From the NCBI GenBank assembly GCA_963771175.1, contig CAVYSY010000021.1:224001-288000 (forward strand): a DNA stretch of 64,000 bases, given 5' to 3'. The notes below the pieces were generated by a model. The model saw nothing but the letters and a program-made list of their open reading frames with translations, did not search any database and was not told where the DNA came from. The position numbers were made by a program, and so were the translations under genes. Every line of letters starts with the position of its first letter. Positions within the stretch are counted from its first letter, which is position 1. Source of the DNA: an uncultured delta proteobacterium. Its GTDB lineage: Bacteria > Myxococcota > Myxococcia > Myxococcales > Myxococcaceae. Below, one piece after another: positions 22,576 to 33,534 of the stretch.

Positions 22576-24381
22576 GTGCGACCGATGCCTTCCCGCTCCT
22601 CTTCGTCCCTGTCCCGCCGGCTGGGGCTGATCGCCCTGTCCCTCTTCGCCCTACTCGCGGCCGCCGGCTGCACGGCCTTCTCCCGCGCGGTGAAGGATGG
22701 AGACCAGTTCACCGCGCAGCACAAGTGGGCCGAGGCCGAGGCCGCCTACCAGCGGGCCCTCGCCGTGGACCCGAGGGACTCGGAGGTGCTGCTGAAGCTG
22801 CGCGCCATGCGCAAGCAGTGGAGCGGCGAGGTGCTGCAACAGGCGCGGGCGGTGCATGACCAGGGAGACCTGGCCGGCGCCACGCCGCTGCTGGTGCGCG
22901 CGCTCGCGCTGGACAGCGAGAGCGAGCCGGCGCGCGCGCTCCTCACCCAGACGCTGGATGCGCGGGTGGAGCTCGCCCAGAAGGCGCTGAAGGAGGAGCG
23001 GCTGCAGGACGCCCGGGCCGAGCTGGACGCGGTGCTGGCGGTGGACCCCGAGCACGCGGCGGCGCGCAAGGGCGTGGACGCGGTGAAGGTGGCGTGGGCG
23101 CGCCGGTGGTTCACCACGGCGCAGCGGCTGGAGGAGGAGGGCAAGCTGGGCAACGCGCTGCTGGCCTACGTGCGCGCGGACCAGGAGAAGGTGGGGGCCA
23201 CGCCGGCCCGCGAGCGCGCCGAGGCGGTGCGCCGCAAGCTCCAGGACGAGGTGGCCTTCCTGGTGGTGGCCGCGCCCGCGGAGGACAAGGCGGAGGCGCC
23301 GGACGTGGCGCAGCGGCTGTCTCCCGGACGGCTGTCGGCGCTGCTGCCGCAGGAGGTGCCCATCCGCGTCATCACCACCGAGGCCCCGAAGGACCACGAG
23401 GGCGTGCGCCTGGGCCTGGCGCTGGAGCGGGTGATGCCGGTGAAGTCGATGGAGCAGAGCCAGCGCACGCAGAAGTACCTGGTGACGAACAAGGCCGTGC
23501 CCAACCCGCGCCGCTCCCAGCTCGAGACGGCGCTGCTGGAGCAGGAGCGAAAGCTGGAGGAGGTGGAGCGCAAGCTGGGCGGGGTGCTGCGCGACTACCT
23601 GCGCAAGCAGGACGAGCTCATCCAGGCGCGCGAGGTGGCCAACCGCTGCCGCGACCGCGAGCGCAAGGCGTGCGTCACCGCGCTGGCCGAGTGCGGCCGG
23701 GCGGTGGGCCAGGGCAAGCCCGGGCAGGTGCCTCCCGAGTGCAACCCGGCCCGCTGCAACTCGCTGTGTGAGCAGGAGGAGGGCGCGCTGGCGCAGCGGA
23801 CCGCGGCGGCGCAGGAGCTGGAGCGCCGGCTGTCGACCGCGCAGGAGAACGCGGAGCTGCAGCGGCGCGAGGTGCAGCGCGGCCGGGACGGCTTCTACCG
23901 CGAGCCCCTCACCGTGGAGGAGCCCGTCTACAGCGAGTACCCCTATGACGTGGAGCTGCACCGGCTGGCCATCACCGCGAGCGTCACGGAGCGGCTGGTG
24001 GACCTGTCCAAGGACGCGGTGCCCTCGCCGCGCACCGAGGACTACGCGGCCATGCACGAGGACTCGTCCAACAAGGCCTATGACAAGGTGGGCGTGCTGG
24101 CGGACCCGGTGCAGCTTCGCAGCGAGGCGGAGCTGCGGGTGGAGGCCGGTGACAGGGCCATGGCCTCCATCGCCGCGCGCGTGAAGGAGCGCTTCGACAT
24201 CTACCGCCAGCGCCGGGTGGAGGACGCGCGGCGGGGCATGGTTCGCCCCAGCGCCGAGGACGTGGTGGAGACGGCGGTGCGCGCGCTGCTGCTCACCGCC
24301 GACGCGCCTCCCGAGGACATCCTCCTGCCGCTGGCCAAGGCGCGCGGCCTGGAGAATCCCCAGGCCCTCTTCGGCGACTGA
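22576..24381 (+). CDS. traC: TPR/coiled-coil lipoprotein resembling the myxobacterial outer-membrane-exchange accessory lipoprotein TraC
   Basis: Lipobox LAAAGC, TPR repeats, Cys-rich coiled coil; TraC similarity recalled, not searched. Confidence 0.55.
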   Translation: MRPMPSRSSSSLSRRLGLIALSLFALLAAAGCTAFSRAVKDGDQFTAQHKWAEAEAAYQRALAVDPRDSEVLLKLRAMRKQWSGEVLQQARAVHDQGDLAGATPLLVRALALDSESEPARALLTQTLDARVELAQKALKEERLQDARAELDAVLAVDPEHAAARKGVDAVKVAWARRWFTTAQRLEEEGKLGNALLAYVRADQEKVGATPARERAEAVRRKLQDEVAFLVVAAPAEDKAEAPDVAQRLSPGRLSALLPQEVPIRVITTEAPKDHEGVRLGLALERVMPVKSMEQSQRTQKYLVTNKAVPNPRRSQLETALLEQERKLEEVERKLGGVLRDYLRKQDELIQAREVANRCRDRERKACVTALAECGRAVGQGKPGQVPPECNPARCNSLCEQEEGALAQRTAAAQELERRLSTAQENAELQRREVQRGRDGFYREPLTVEEPVYSEYPYDVELHRLAITASVTERLVDLSKDAVPSPRTEDYAAMHEDSSNKAYDKVGVLADPVQLRSEAELRVEAGDRAMASIAARVKERFDIYRQRRVEDARRGMVRPSAEDVVETAVRALLLTADAPPEDILLPLAKARGLENPQALFGD

Positions 24382-24384
24382 GGC

Positions 24385-25137
24385 TCAGGCCACCGCTTCC
24401 TCGGCGGCCGGGGTCCACATCGAGCTCTCGGCCGAGTGCAGGCAGTCCCCGAGGAAGCGCAGGTAGATGTCGAGTGCTTGCGAGCCGAGCTCCGCGAGCG
24501 TCCGCGCGTTCTCCGGCATGAGCTGCAGCAGCTCCTCCATCATCCGCGTGTTGAGCGCGGTGTGGCCCACGTCGAGCTGGATGTGCTCCTTGAGGAAGCT
24601 GAGCCCCTCCAGCGTCTCGCGGCCGAGCACCCGCACCACGTTGGACAGCAGGTGGGGCCCGAGCACCACCGACAGGTTCTCGATTTCGAACTCGATGGCG
24701 ATCTGCCCCATGGGCAGGTCGCTGGCGAGGGTGTCCTCGTGGAGCTGGCGGTAGGCCCGCATCGCATCCGTGGGGTGCTGGGCCAGCAGCCGCTCCGTCT
24801 GGAGCATGGGCCTGCGCCGCGCGTTCCACCGCCGCACCAGGTGCCGCACGTCGTCCAGCATCATCATGTGGTGGCCGGCCTCGTGCTTCGCGTGCGCGAT
24901 GAGGGCGTGCCCGAGCGAGTCCAGACCCTGCGAGAGGCAGCGCTGGCCCGCCCGGCGGATCCACCCCTCCACCGGCTCGGTCACGTAGACGCCGAGCGAG
25001 TTGAGCTGGAGGAAGAAGCGCTCCAGGACCGCCGGCTCGATGGCGGGATCCACCAGCATGCGCATGACAGGGTCCGTCGAGATACGGGCGCGCGCCGGCA
25101 GCACATAGGGCTCATACAGCTCTTTGACCAGGCTCAT
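24385..25137 (-). CDS. Heme-oxygenase-like diiron oxidase (iron-containing redox enzyme) family protein
   Basis: TEPVE, HAKHEAGH, EIE, HIQLDVGH ligand pattern in an all-helical ~250 aa protein. Confidence 0.7.
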   Translation of the reverse strand: MSLVKELYEPYVLPARARISTDPVMRMLVDPAIEPAVLERFFLQLNSLGVYVTEPVEGWIRRAGQRCLSQGLDSLGHALIAHAKHEAGHHMMMLDDVRHLVRRWNARRRPMLQTERLLAQHPTDAMRAYRQLHEDTLASDLPMGQIAIEFEIENLSVVLGPHLLSNVVRVLGRETLEGLSFLKEHIQLDVGHTALNTRMMEELLQLMPENARTLAELGSQALDIYLRFLGDCLHSAESSMWTPAAEEAVA

Positions 25138-27220
25138 GTTCGACGACTCCTCCGGGGGTCAGGCGGCCCACCGTTGCTTCACTGACGTACTCCAGGAACT
25201 CGGGCAGCATCCGAGCGGACAGCAGCCAGAGACAGGGCTTCGCGCCGGGCTCGTCGTGCAGGCGGGCCGCGGCGGCATAGCTGTCGTCCTCGTCCTCGCG
25301 CACGAAGACGAAGGCGGTGCGGCCCCGCTGGGCGTACCAGCGGCGGGCCGCGTCCAGCAGCGCGACGTAGGTCTCCCGTCCCCCGGGGGCGAGCGGGAAG
25401 AGGCGCGCCGCGTCCAGCAGGCGGAAGAGGTTCACCCCCGGAGGCCCCAGCTCGAGGACGATGGCGGCCTGGGGCACGCCCTCGCGGCGAGCCACCAGGA
25501 TGTGGCGCTCGCGCTCCAGCCCGGCCGCGCGCCACGTCTCCGTCACCTCGCGCAGCTCCAACCGGTCGCGCGCGAAGTCGAGTGCGTCCACGTAGCTCGT
25601 CGGACGGGTGAGGAAGAGCTGCTCCGCCAGGAGCGCCTTCTCATCGAGGCGGATCGGGCCGATGTCGAGCCCGTCCGCGGGCAGGCCGCTCTCCTCGTCG
25701 CAGCGCACGTCCATCAGGCGCACGGGCATGACCAGGGCCTCGCCGCCGTCGGCATGGGCACGCGCGTAGCCGAGGTGGACCCGCTCCAAGAGGGGCACGG
25801 TCGACTCGGCGTAGGCGACGAGCCACCGGAAGTCGGGGTCCGCCTGCGCGTGCTCCAGCGTGCGCACGTGGATGTCGCGCAGGATTTGCCCGGGCACATG
25901 CGGGGCCTCGGGCCTGCCGGGGCGCTTGGCGAGCTGGTGCACCAGCCAGCCATGGCGGTAGGGCCGCACCGAGGAGAGCGTGGCCTCCACGCCTCGCTCC
26001 GACGGCCACACCGTCTGGCAGAAGAGCCGGGACAGGCGCGCGGCGCGATGGCCCAGGTCCATGAAGCTGGTGCGCAGCTCCTCGAAGTGCTCCGTCGTCT
26101 TGCCGGCCAGGTTGAAGTAGCCCGAGTCGACGAGCAGCTCCCACAGCGGCTCGAGCAGTTGCTCGCCGCCGCGCGTGGTGGGGCTGAGCGCCTGGGAGAC
26201 GAGCGCCACCCAGCGGGCCTCGTCCATCGGCGTGCAGGGGCTGAGCTGGAGGCCGTACGCGCGCTGCCCGTCCTTGCCCGAGACGTAGCGGACCTCTCCC
26301 CGCAGGAGGATGGGCTCGCCGTCCCGCTCGTCCCGCACCTCGATGGGCTGGAGCAGGAGGCCCGGGAAGAGGAGATCCTCGGGAGTGCCGCGCAGGCGCA
26401 TGCCGGAGAAGGAGAGGTCCAGGACCTCGCGCTCCCGTGTGCCCAGCTCGCTCCACAGCGGGTGATGGAAGCGGGCGCGGAGGCCCGCGGGCGCTGTCAC
26501 GCGGCGGTGCCAGCGGTGGCGCACCTGCCACAGCCGCCGGGGGATGGGCGTCACCATCCGTTCGCCCCGCTGCTCGAGCGCCGACACGCGCATGCGGTAG
26601 GCCGAGTTGTAGCCCACCACCTCGATGTCATAGGGCCCCGTGCCCCACTCCACTCCCGGCTCCTCACGGCGCCAGTGGAGCAGCGAGCGCTCGACGTCGA
26701 AGTACTCGAGGGACACGCGCAGCGACCGGCCGAGCTGCCGCAGCGTGCCCTTGTGCTGCATCACGCACACGGACTTGAGAATGGAGCGGATGCGCTCGGG
26801 CTCGACGAGGGACTCCTCGACGGGCAGGGGCGAGACTGCGGGCTGGGCGCAGCCGTGGTGGGCCGCTGTGTCCAGCAGGGCGAGGATGCGCTGGCCCTGC
26901 TCCCGCGTCACTTCCACGAGCTGGATGCCCACGGGCGCGTCCAACCGCCGCGGGTCGCTCCAGAGCATCTCTCCACGCAGCGGGCCGATGGTGGAGCCAT
27001 GGCCCTCCAGGATGAGCTGGAGGGGCCGCTCGCGCGGCGGGAGCTCGGTGCCCGGCTCCGGGAGCGCCCACACCGCGGTGGGGCTCAATCGCGTCACCCG
27101 GCTGCTGCTGATGCCGGGCTGGGACAGGATGAGGTTGATGCTGTCCTCGGGAGACCGGGTGTGCAGCGAGTATCCCGAGTAGCTTCCGACGGCGAGGCTC
27201 GTTCCGGCCGATGTCTCCAT
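25112..27220 (-). CDS. PilZ-domain protein with a large C-terminal (putative GNAT-like) domain
   Basis: RWHRR (RxxxR) and DLSFSG (DxSxxG) motifs, LRGEVRYV...AYGLQL; an earlier degenerate PilZ-like segment (LRGEMLW...VGIQL). Confidence 0.7.
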   Translation of the reverse strand: METSAGTSLAVGSYSGYSLHTRSPEDSINLILSQPGISSSRVTRLSPTAVWALPEPGTELPPRERPLQLILEGHGSTIGPLRGEMLWSDPRRLDAPVGIQLVEVTREQGQRILALLDTAAHHGCAQPAVSPLPVEESLVEPERIRSILKSVCVMQHKGTLRQLGRSLRVSLEYFDVERSLLHWRREEPGVEWGTGPYDIEVVGYNSAYRMRVSALEQRGERMVTPIPRRLWQVRHRWHRRVTAPAGLRARFHHPLWSELGTREREVLDLSFSGMRLRGTPEDLLFPGLLLQPIEVRDERDGEPILLRGEVRYVSGKDGQRAYGLQLSPCTPMDEARWVALVSQALSPTTRGGEQLLEPLWELLVDSGYFNLAGKTTEHFEELRTSFMDLGHRAARLSRLFCQTVWPSERGVEATLSSVRPYRHGWLVHQLAKRPGRPEAPHVPGQILRDIHVRTLEHAQADPDFRWLVAYAESTVPLLERVHLGYARAHADGGEALVMPVRLMDVRCDEESGLPADGLDIGPIRLDEKALLAEQLFLTRPTSYVDALDFARDRLELREVTETWRAAGLERERHILVARREGVPQAAIVLELGPPGVNLFRLLDAARLFPLAPGGRETYVALLDAARRWYAQRGRTAFVFVREDEDDSYAAAARLHDEPGAKPCLWLLSARMLPEFLEYVSEATVGRLTPGGVVEHEPGQRAV

Positions 27221-27760
27221 GTCTCCACGCATGATTCTCCCCCTGTGGCGACAGCGGCATGCTGACGGTGTCGGCGTGGGCGGAATGCTTCCACGACGAG
27301 GGTAATCACTTTCACGAAATGAGAACGCCCGCGCCCCCTTTTCGTCAAGGCTTGAGCAGTCATTCTTTGTCAGTGTTTCTCGCCACCCGGCGTGGCTGGA
27401 AAAGTCCATCCCCTCCGGTGTGAATCCCCGTGAGCCCTGTAAATCACAGGGAGATCCGCTCCCGCGTAGAGATGGGCAATCAATGACTTGCATGGCGCTG
27501 GCGAGGCGATGTCAGGCTTTTGCCGGACTGGCCGAGCTGCAGTGCCGATGTATCTGTTGCCCCTGGCTGTGCGGCTCCCGGCCTCGGCGTTGGTTGGGAC
27601 ACGGAATTTCGGTGTCGCACCGGAGCGCGTCCGGGGGTGGGGTGTTGGCGCGTGTGCAGGAGCCGGGCACGGGGCCGCCTCTGGATGTGAGCCGGAGGAC
27701 GGTCAACCCCATGGACGCGCACTGCGGGAACGGCGAGGCTGCCGCCCGGGAGGGTTCACC

Positions 27761-28096
27761 ATGGCCAGGCTCACCACCGAGGACGCGTTCAACATCGAAG
27801 TGCTCAAACTGATGCTCCAACTCGCCTGGAGCGATGGTCAGCTCGACCTGCATGAGGTGGGGATCATCCTCGGCTCGGCGCGGAGCTGGGGTGTGCCGGA
27901 GTCGGAGGTCGCCGCCCTCAAGAAGACCCTGGACACCCAGGGGCCGCCGCCCGCTCCGGACCTGGCGCTGCTGCGCGGCCGCTCGGACGAGGTCTTCGAG
28001 GCGGCCCGCGCCCTCATCGCGAGCGACGGCAAGCTCCAGTCCGCCGAGAAGGAGATGCTCGAGGAGCTGCGCATCATCCTCGACGCCGAGCGCTGA
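27761..28096 (+). CDS. TerB/DUF533-like protein
   Basis: LAWSDGQLDLHE and IASDGKLQSAEKEML repeats. Confidence 0.75.
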   Translation: MARLTTEDAFNIEVLKLMLQLAWSDGQLDLHEVGIILGSARSWGVPESEVAALKKTLDTQGPPPAPDLALLRGRSDEVFEAARALIASDGKLQSAEKEMLEELRIILDAER

Positions 28097-28120
28097 GCCG
28101 CGGGCCACCGGCGGGGTGAG

Positions 28121-31100
28121 TCAGTCCCCCGCCTTCGTCACCGGCGGGGGCACCGTCACCACCACCTCGCGCCGCAGCAGCAGCTTCGCGTCCTTGTTCG
28201 GCAGGATGCGCACCTGGAAGCGCCGACGGTATTCGTCCCCCTTGTCGAAGACGTTCCGGTCCGTCACCAGCAGCAGCGCCGTGGGCACCACGTACCGCGC
28301 CGAGTTGTTGCCGAAGTAGTGCACCACCACGAAGTACGTGCCCGGCATCGCCTTGCGCGCGTGGTACAGCTCCGGACCCAGGCCATCCGTGATGTCCCAG
28401 TAGAGCTGTCCGCCCAGCGACGTCTGCATGTGCTGGTAGAAGCACTTCTCGCCGTTGGGCTCCACCACCCACAGGTCGATGTCCGTCCCGTCCGAGTTCC
28501 AGTGCGTGGTGAGCTGATAGTCGATGGGCCCCATCTCCGCGAGCTGTGCCAGCTCGCGCCGCCGTGCCTCCAGCACCGCCGTCTCGCCCACCAGTCGCGG
28601 GTGCTTCGCCAGCGCCGCCAGCATCCGACCGTAGTGGTACGCCGCGACCTTCTTCGTCTGGAAGTCATGCCGGTTCCAGTCGCGTGCCAGGACGATCTCC
28701 CAGTCGCGCGCCGCCTCCGCCGGGCGTCCCGCCGCGTCGAGCGCCAGCGCCTCCTCCAGGTAGGCCTGGGGCTCGAAGGGACGGTTGAGGCGCACGTGCT
28801 CGAAGAGCTCGGTGGCCGCCGGGAACTGGCCGAGCGCCAGCAGCCCGTAGCCCACCAGCCGCAGGGCCTCGGCGTCCTTCGGGCGCAGCTCCACGGGTGA
28901 GGACAGGGCCCGCACCGCGCCCCAGGTGTCTCCCGAGAAGGCCCGCTTGCGCGCCACCGCCTCGTAGATCATCACGTCGTCCTTGTTGGTCCGCCGCGCC
29001 TGCCGGTACGCCAGCTCCGCCTGCACCCGCTCGTCGCCGCCCGTGTAGGGCTCGTCTCGCAGCGGCTGAGCCTTCATCCGCGAGCCCAGCTCCGCCTGCT
29101 TCGGCTTCAGCGCCCGGAGCACCTCCTGGCCCGAGGTGGGCACTCCCTCCAGCGAGAGCCCCAGCAGCTCATCGCGGCGCTGGTCCGCCTGCTGCCGCTG
29201 CAGGGCATCCAGGTCGGTGAGGTCCATCTGCTCGTCGCGCACCGCGTAGCGCGTGTAGTCCCCCTCCGACTCCAGCACCAACATGGAGGCCCGCGCATTG
29301 GTCAGCCGGTAGTGCTGGCTGAGCGCCACCACCATCCGGTCCAGCTTCACGTCCTCCAGCGCCACCAGCCGGGACACGAACAGCTCCGCCCACGCGCGCG
29401 GGGCAAAGGCGCTGTCCTCGTCGCGGGGCAACGGCACCGCCAGCGTGCGCTCCTGCCCCGAGGCCTGGGTCACCACCTCCAGCTCCGCCGCGCCGTCCCC
29501 CACGAGTCGCCCGGCCACCTGCAGCTCCTGCCCGGGGAAGACGAGCCGGGGCCGGCCCGCCACCACCAGGTCCTTCACCTTCGCGCCCTTCACGCCCACC
29601 CGGGCCAGCACCACCGAGGCGGCCCGGTGCGCGCGCGCCGCCGAAGGCACCTCCGCGCCGGACAGCACGTTCACCACCCGGCCGCCGCTCGCCCGAGCCA
29701 GCGCGTCGAAGAGGTCCACGTTCACCGCCGCCTCGCCGAAGCGGTAGCTCACCCAGCGCAGCGTCTCCGCTGAGGCATGGCGCGAGATGAGCGCGTCCAC
29801 GTTGCTCTGCCCCCAGGTGACGTTGCCGTCCGAGAGGAGGAAGGCCGTCACGGGTCCGCCCTTCTCCGCCGGCTTCAGCCAGTCGCGGCTGGCCCTGTCC
29901 AGCTCGGCCAGCAGGCCGTCCACGTTGGAGGCGCCTTCGAGGAAGACGCGTTCCAGCTCGGCGAACGTCTCCTGGCGAGCCTCGGGCGTGTTTCGCCGGA
30001 AGCCCGGGCCGTGGAGCCAGCGCGGGCGCACGTCGAAGAGAAGCACCGCGTACTCGGAGAGGCTCTCGTCCTTCTCCAGCAGCGCGCGCAGCAGGGCCGC
30101 CTGCAGGGACCAAGCGTTGCCGTCCTCCGCCGACAGCGAGGTGTCCACCACCAGCACCGCGCGTCCGGTGGGCGTGCCCTCGGTGCCCGCGGTGAGTCGC
30201 TCCGGCAGTCGCACTCGGGTGTAGAAGGCGTGGCCGGGCAGTCCCGCCGGGTCCGCGCCCACCAGCACGTCCGCATCGGCGCGGCGCGGGGTGAGGGCCA
30301 CCTCCAGCGCTCCGTCTCCCTGGAGCTTCTGCCAGTCCCAAGCCTGCCAGGCGCCGAGCGTGCTCGGCTTGCCCACCTCCGGGCCCACCGTCACCTCACC
30401 CGCGTGCCTCGGGTCCACGTGGACGCGCGCCGCCACCTTCAGCTCCTTGCCGGCCCCCGGTGGCAGCGGCCACGTGTAGCGCAGGCGCTGGCCATCGAAG
30501 AGGAGCGTCTGCTCGTAGGCGATGACCACGCGCTTGAGGGACTTCGGCGGCAGCGGGAAGACGCGCGCGCTGAAGGTGGACGCACCGGCCCACTCCAGGA
30601 GTGCTGGATCCACGTTGTGGCGCACCACGTCCTCGTACACCTCGCGGGCGCGCTTCTGCTCGACGACACGGGCCTCCTGGGGCACGCCCCACGAGCGCTT
30701 CGCTCCTGGCGGGCTCGGCGGGGCCGCCGCCACCAGCTCCTCCGACTTCCCCGAGTCCCCCAGCGGCGGCAGCAGCTCCGACGACTGGAAGAGCGAGGGC
30801 GAGTCCACCGCCACCGCGCCCGAGTACAGCGCGAAGCCCGCCACCGTCGCGCCGCCCGGCAGCGGGTAATAGAAGGTTCCCTCCAGCGAGCGAGAGGTGT
30901 CGTTCTCGAAGAGGTAGTCCACCACCGTGCGCGCGCGGGCGCCCTGGATGTACGTCACCACCCGCACCGCGCGGGCCTTCAGGGGCTGGTAGCGGCCCTC
31001 TTCGTCCCGCACCAGCACCTTGGCCATGCGAGGCGCGGCCTCCACCTTCGGCAGCACCGGCCGGGGCGCGGCGTCGGGCTTCGCCGGGGAGTTCTCCTCG

Positions 31101-31775
31101 GGTTTGGGCTCGGCGGCGGCCTCCTCTTTCGCGGGGGCCGCGCTCATGCGTGGACGGGCACCACCGGAGGCGCGCTCCGACGCGTCGCTCCTGATGATCT
31201 GGATGATCTCCCGCCGCTTCTGCTCCAGCATCCGCCGGGCGCTCCTCTGGTTCCGGTGCGGGGGCTCCCGTCCTGCGAGGAGGTCGATGAGGTGCTTCGA
31301 CTTGCGGGTACGGAGAAGGAACCCCAGGAGGAGGCGGCGGTGGGGGTGGACGGATGCCCCCTGATGCCGGGGCGCCTGCCTCCGCCATCCGGTCCTCCAT
31401 CTCCTCCGAGCCCAGCGACTCGTCGGCGTGCTCTCCGAATGTCCCGAGGTCGCGAGGGGCGGGGCGCTGCGCACCGGGCTGCGAGGTGGGGCGCCGCGGG
31501 TCCTGCTCCTGGACGAGCCGGGCGAGCTCGGGCTCGGAGATGGCCTGCGGGTCGGCCACCGCGTCGCGCAGCTCCGCGAGGTCCACCACGCCCGTGTCCA
31601 CTGCACCCGGCGCCGTGGTGGGCACGGTGAGGCCGGCGCGGGCGAAGAGGGCGGGGTCCCCCTTGGGCCCCTCGGGCACCTGGGCCTTTTGATCTTCCGG
31701 GGAGCTGCGCTTGCAACCTGGCAGGGCCAGGGTCACGAGGAGGAGTCCGGTAAGGAGGACACGCGGGAGGGACAT
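28121..31775 (-). CDS. VIT + vWA + TPR + DUF2135-like lipoprotein, frameshift about 31150-31380
   Basis: Lipobox [16 protein letters not shown]...DPALLE (VIT), VVDTSLS and LLSDG (MIDAS), [20 protein letters not shown]. Confidence 0.8.
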
Positions 31776-31808
31776 GGACCCGGAGGTTAGTCCCTCGCCA
31801 GATTCGGG

Positions 31809-32864
31809 TCACCCCGAGTGCTGGGCGCGCCGGGAGAAGCGGAGGACGGCGCGGAAGATGGCCTCCACGGCGTCCGGATCCAGCCCCAGCTCGGAGGCCC
31901 AGGCGCGACGCGTGGCGATCACCGCTTCCTCCCGGGCCGGGTCGGGCACCGGCTGGCCCACCTGCGCCTTGGCTCGGAGCGCCCGCCGGGCCAGCTCGGC
32001 CCTCCGAGCCAGCAGCTCCACCAGCTCATGGTCGACCTGGTCGATGAGCTCGCGGGTCTCCTTGAGCTCCGGCAGGCCCGACTCCAGTGCGGGGAGGGCC
32101 ATGCTCTCCGGTTCCGGCGTGCCGGCCTCCGGAGGCAGGTTCTCCAGCTCCTGATGGATGGCTCCGAGCGCGTTCAGCAGGTGTCGCCGCGCCTCCGTCG
32201 CGAACGGGTTCTCGCGCTGGATGGCGGTGAAGAGGTGCCCGGCGTCCGAGCGGACAATCTCGATGGTGCGCGACAGCGCCTTGAAGCTGGCGGGAGCGAA
32301 AGGCACGTCCACGCCCGAGCCGGCGTCCACCATTCCCTTGGCCACATAGAAGGTGAGCGCGTGGGTGTGTGCCATCACCCGGTCATGGCCCTCGGGAGTC
32401 TGCTCGATGACCTCACAGCCCAGCCGCTCGTAGAAGCGCCGGGCCCGGGGGGCCGCGTCGGGGTGGAGCGGGTTGGGACAGACCACGACGCGCAGGGGGC
32501 GCTCGGCCATGGCGAGGCTGAGCGGGCCGAAGAGCGGATGCGTGCCGACCCAGGGCACCCGCGTGCCGAGCACCTCGCTCATGGCCTGCACGGGCTTCAC
32601 CTTGACGCTGCCCACGTCGAGCACCAGGTGCTCCGGCTTCAGGTGGGGGCTCATCTGCTCGAGCACGGCGTGCATTCGAGGCACCGGGACAGCCACCACC
32701 ACCAGCTCGGCTCCGGCGAGCAGCTCCGGTATCGAGCCCGCGCGGAGGGTCTCGGGAATCTCGGCCGTCGGGTCCAGCGCCTTGTACCCGATGCCCGCCG
32801 CCGTCAGCAGCTCGCCGAGCGCGCGGCCGAAGCGCCCATATCCCAGGATGGCAACGTGCGTCAT
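31809..32864 (-). CDS. tyrA: Prephenate dehydrogenase with C-terminal chorismate mutase domain
   Basis: GYGRFG, DVGSVK, HPLFGP, HDRVMA; C-terminal RELIDQVDHELVELLARR...DPAREEAV. Confidence 0.85.
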   Translation of the reverse strand: MTHVAILGYGRFGRALGELLTAAGIGYKALDPTAEIPETLRAGSIPELLAGAELVVVAVPVPRMHAVLEQMSPHLKPEHLVLDVGSVKVKPVQAMSEVLGTRVPWVGTHPLFGPLSLAMAERPLRVVVCPNPLHPDAAPRARRFYERLGCEVIEQTPEGHDRVMAHTHALTFYVAKGMVDAGSGVDVPFAPASFKALSRTIEIVRSDAGHLFTAIQRENPFATEARRHLLNALGAIHQELENLPPEAGTPEPESMALPALESGLPELKETRELIDQVDHELVELLARRAELARRALRAKAQVGQPVPDPAREEAVIATRRAWASELGLDPDAVEAIFRAVLRFSRRAQHSG

Positions 32865-33034
32865 GCGCGGGACTGTACACGAGCGGCGTGGATGGGCTCG
32901 CGCCGTGAGGAGGCGACGGCTCCGGGTGGGATGTGCGCGGGAGAACACGCGGGCCCGCGTGGCTTGGACCCGGCTCGGCTCCCTGTCGCAGAGTGACTCC
33001 CACCGAGGCACTCGTGCGGCCCGAGGGAACAGAC

Positions 33035-33478
33035 GTGTCCGAAGAGAAGAAGAACGTGGAGCGGATGAGGGAAATCTACGAGGAGATGGCTCGGAGTGGG
33101 AGCGCCCAGGCCCTCCTCGACCAGCTCGCGGATGATGCCGTCTACAAGCTCTCCCTTCCCCCGGGCGTGCCCCTCAGTGGCGAGTTTCGCGGCAAGCGGG
33201 CCATCGTCGACTACTTCGACGAGCTCGGCGAGGTGCTCGAGGTGCTGGAGGTCAACACCTGGGACTTCATCGGCAATGGCAGCCAGGTCATCGTCCTCGG
33301 CGATGAGCGGTTCGTGGTGCGGAAGACGGGCAAGGTCTGCCACAGCGAGTTCGCCTTCGTGCTCGATTTCCGCGACGGGAAGATCGTCCGCGCGCTCGTC
33401 ATCGAGGACCTGTCCGGCCTCGTCGAGGCCCACCAGCCCGCGAGCGGGCGCGTGGCCTCCCGTGCTTCCGGCGCGTGA
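33035..33478 (+). CDS. NTF2/SnoaL-like protein
   Basis: LADDAVY, GEFRGKRAIVDYF, FRDGKIVR. Confidence 0.8.
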   Translation: MSEEKKNVERMREIYEEMARSGSAQALLDQLADDAVYKLSLPPGVPLSGEFRGKRAIVDYFDELGEVLEVLEVNTWDFIGNGSQVIVLGDERFVVRKTGKVCHSEFAFVLDFRDGKIVRALVIEDLSGLVEAHQPASGRVASRASGA

Positions 33479-33534
33479 TGGAACCGCGCCGGGCGCTCCT
33501 CCTGACCCCCGTCAACCAGGCCAGCGGGTGGTTC

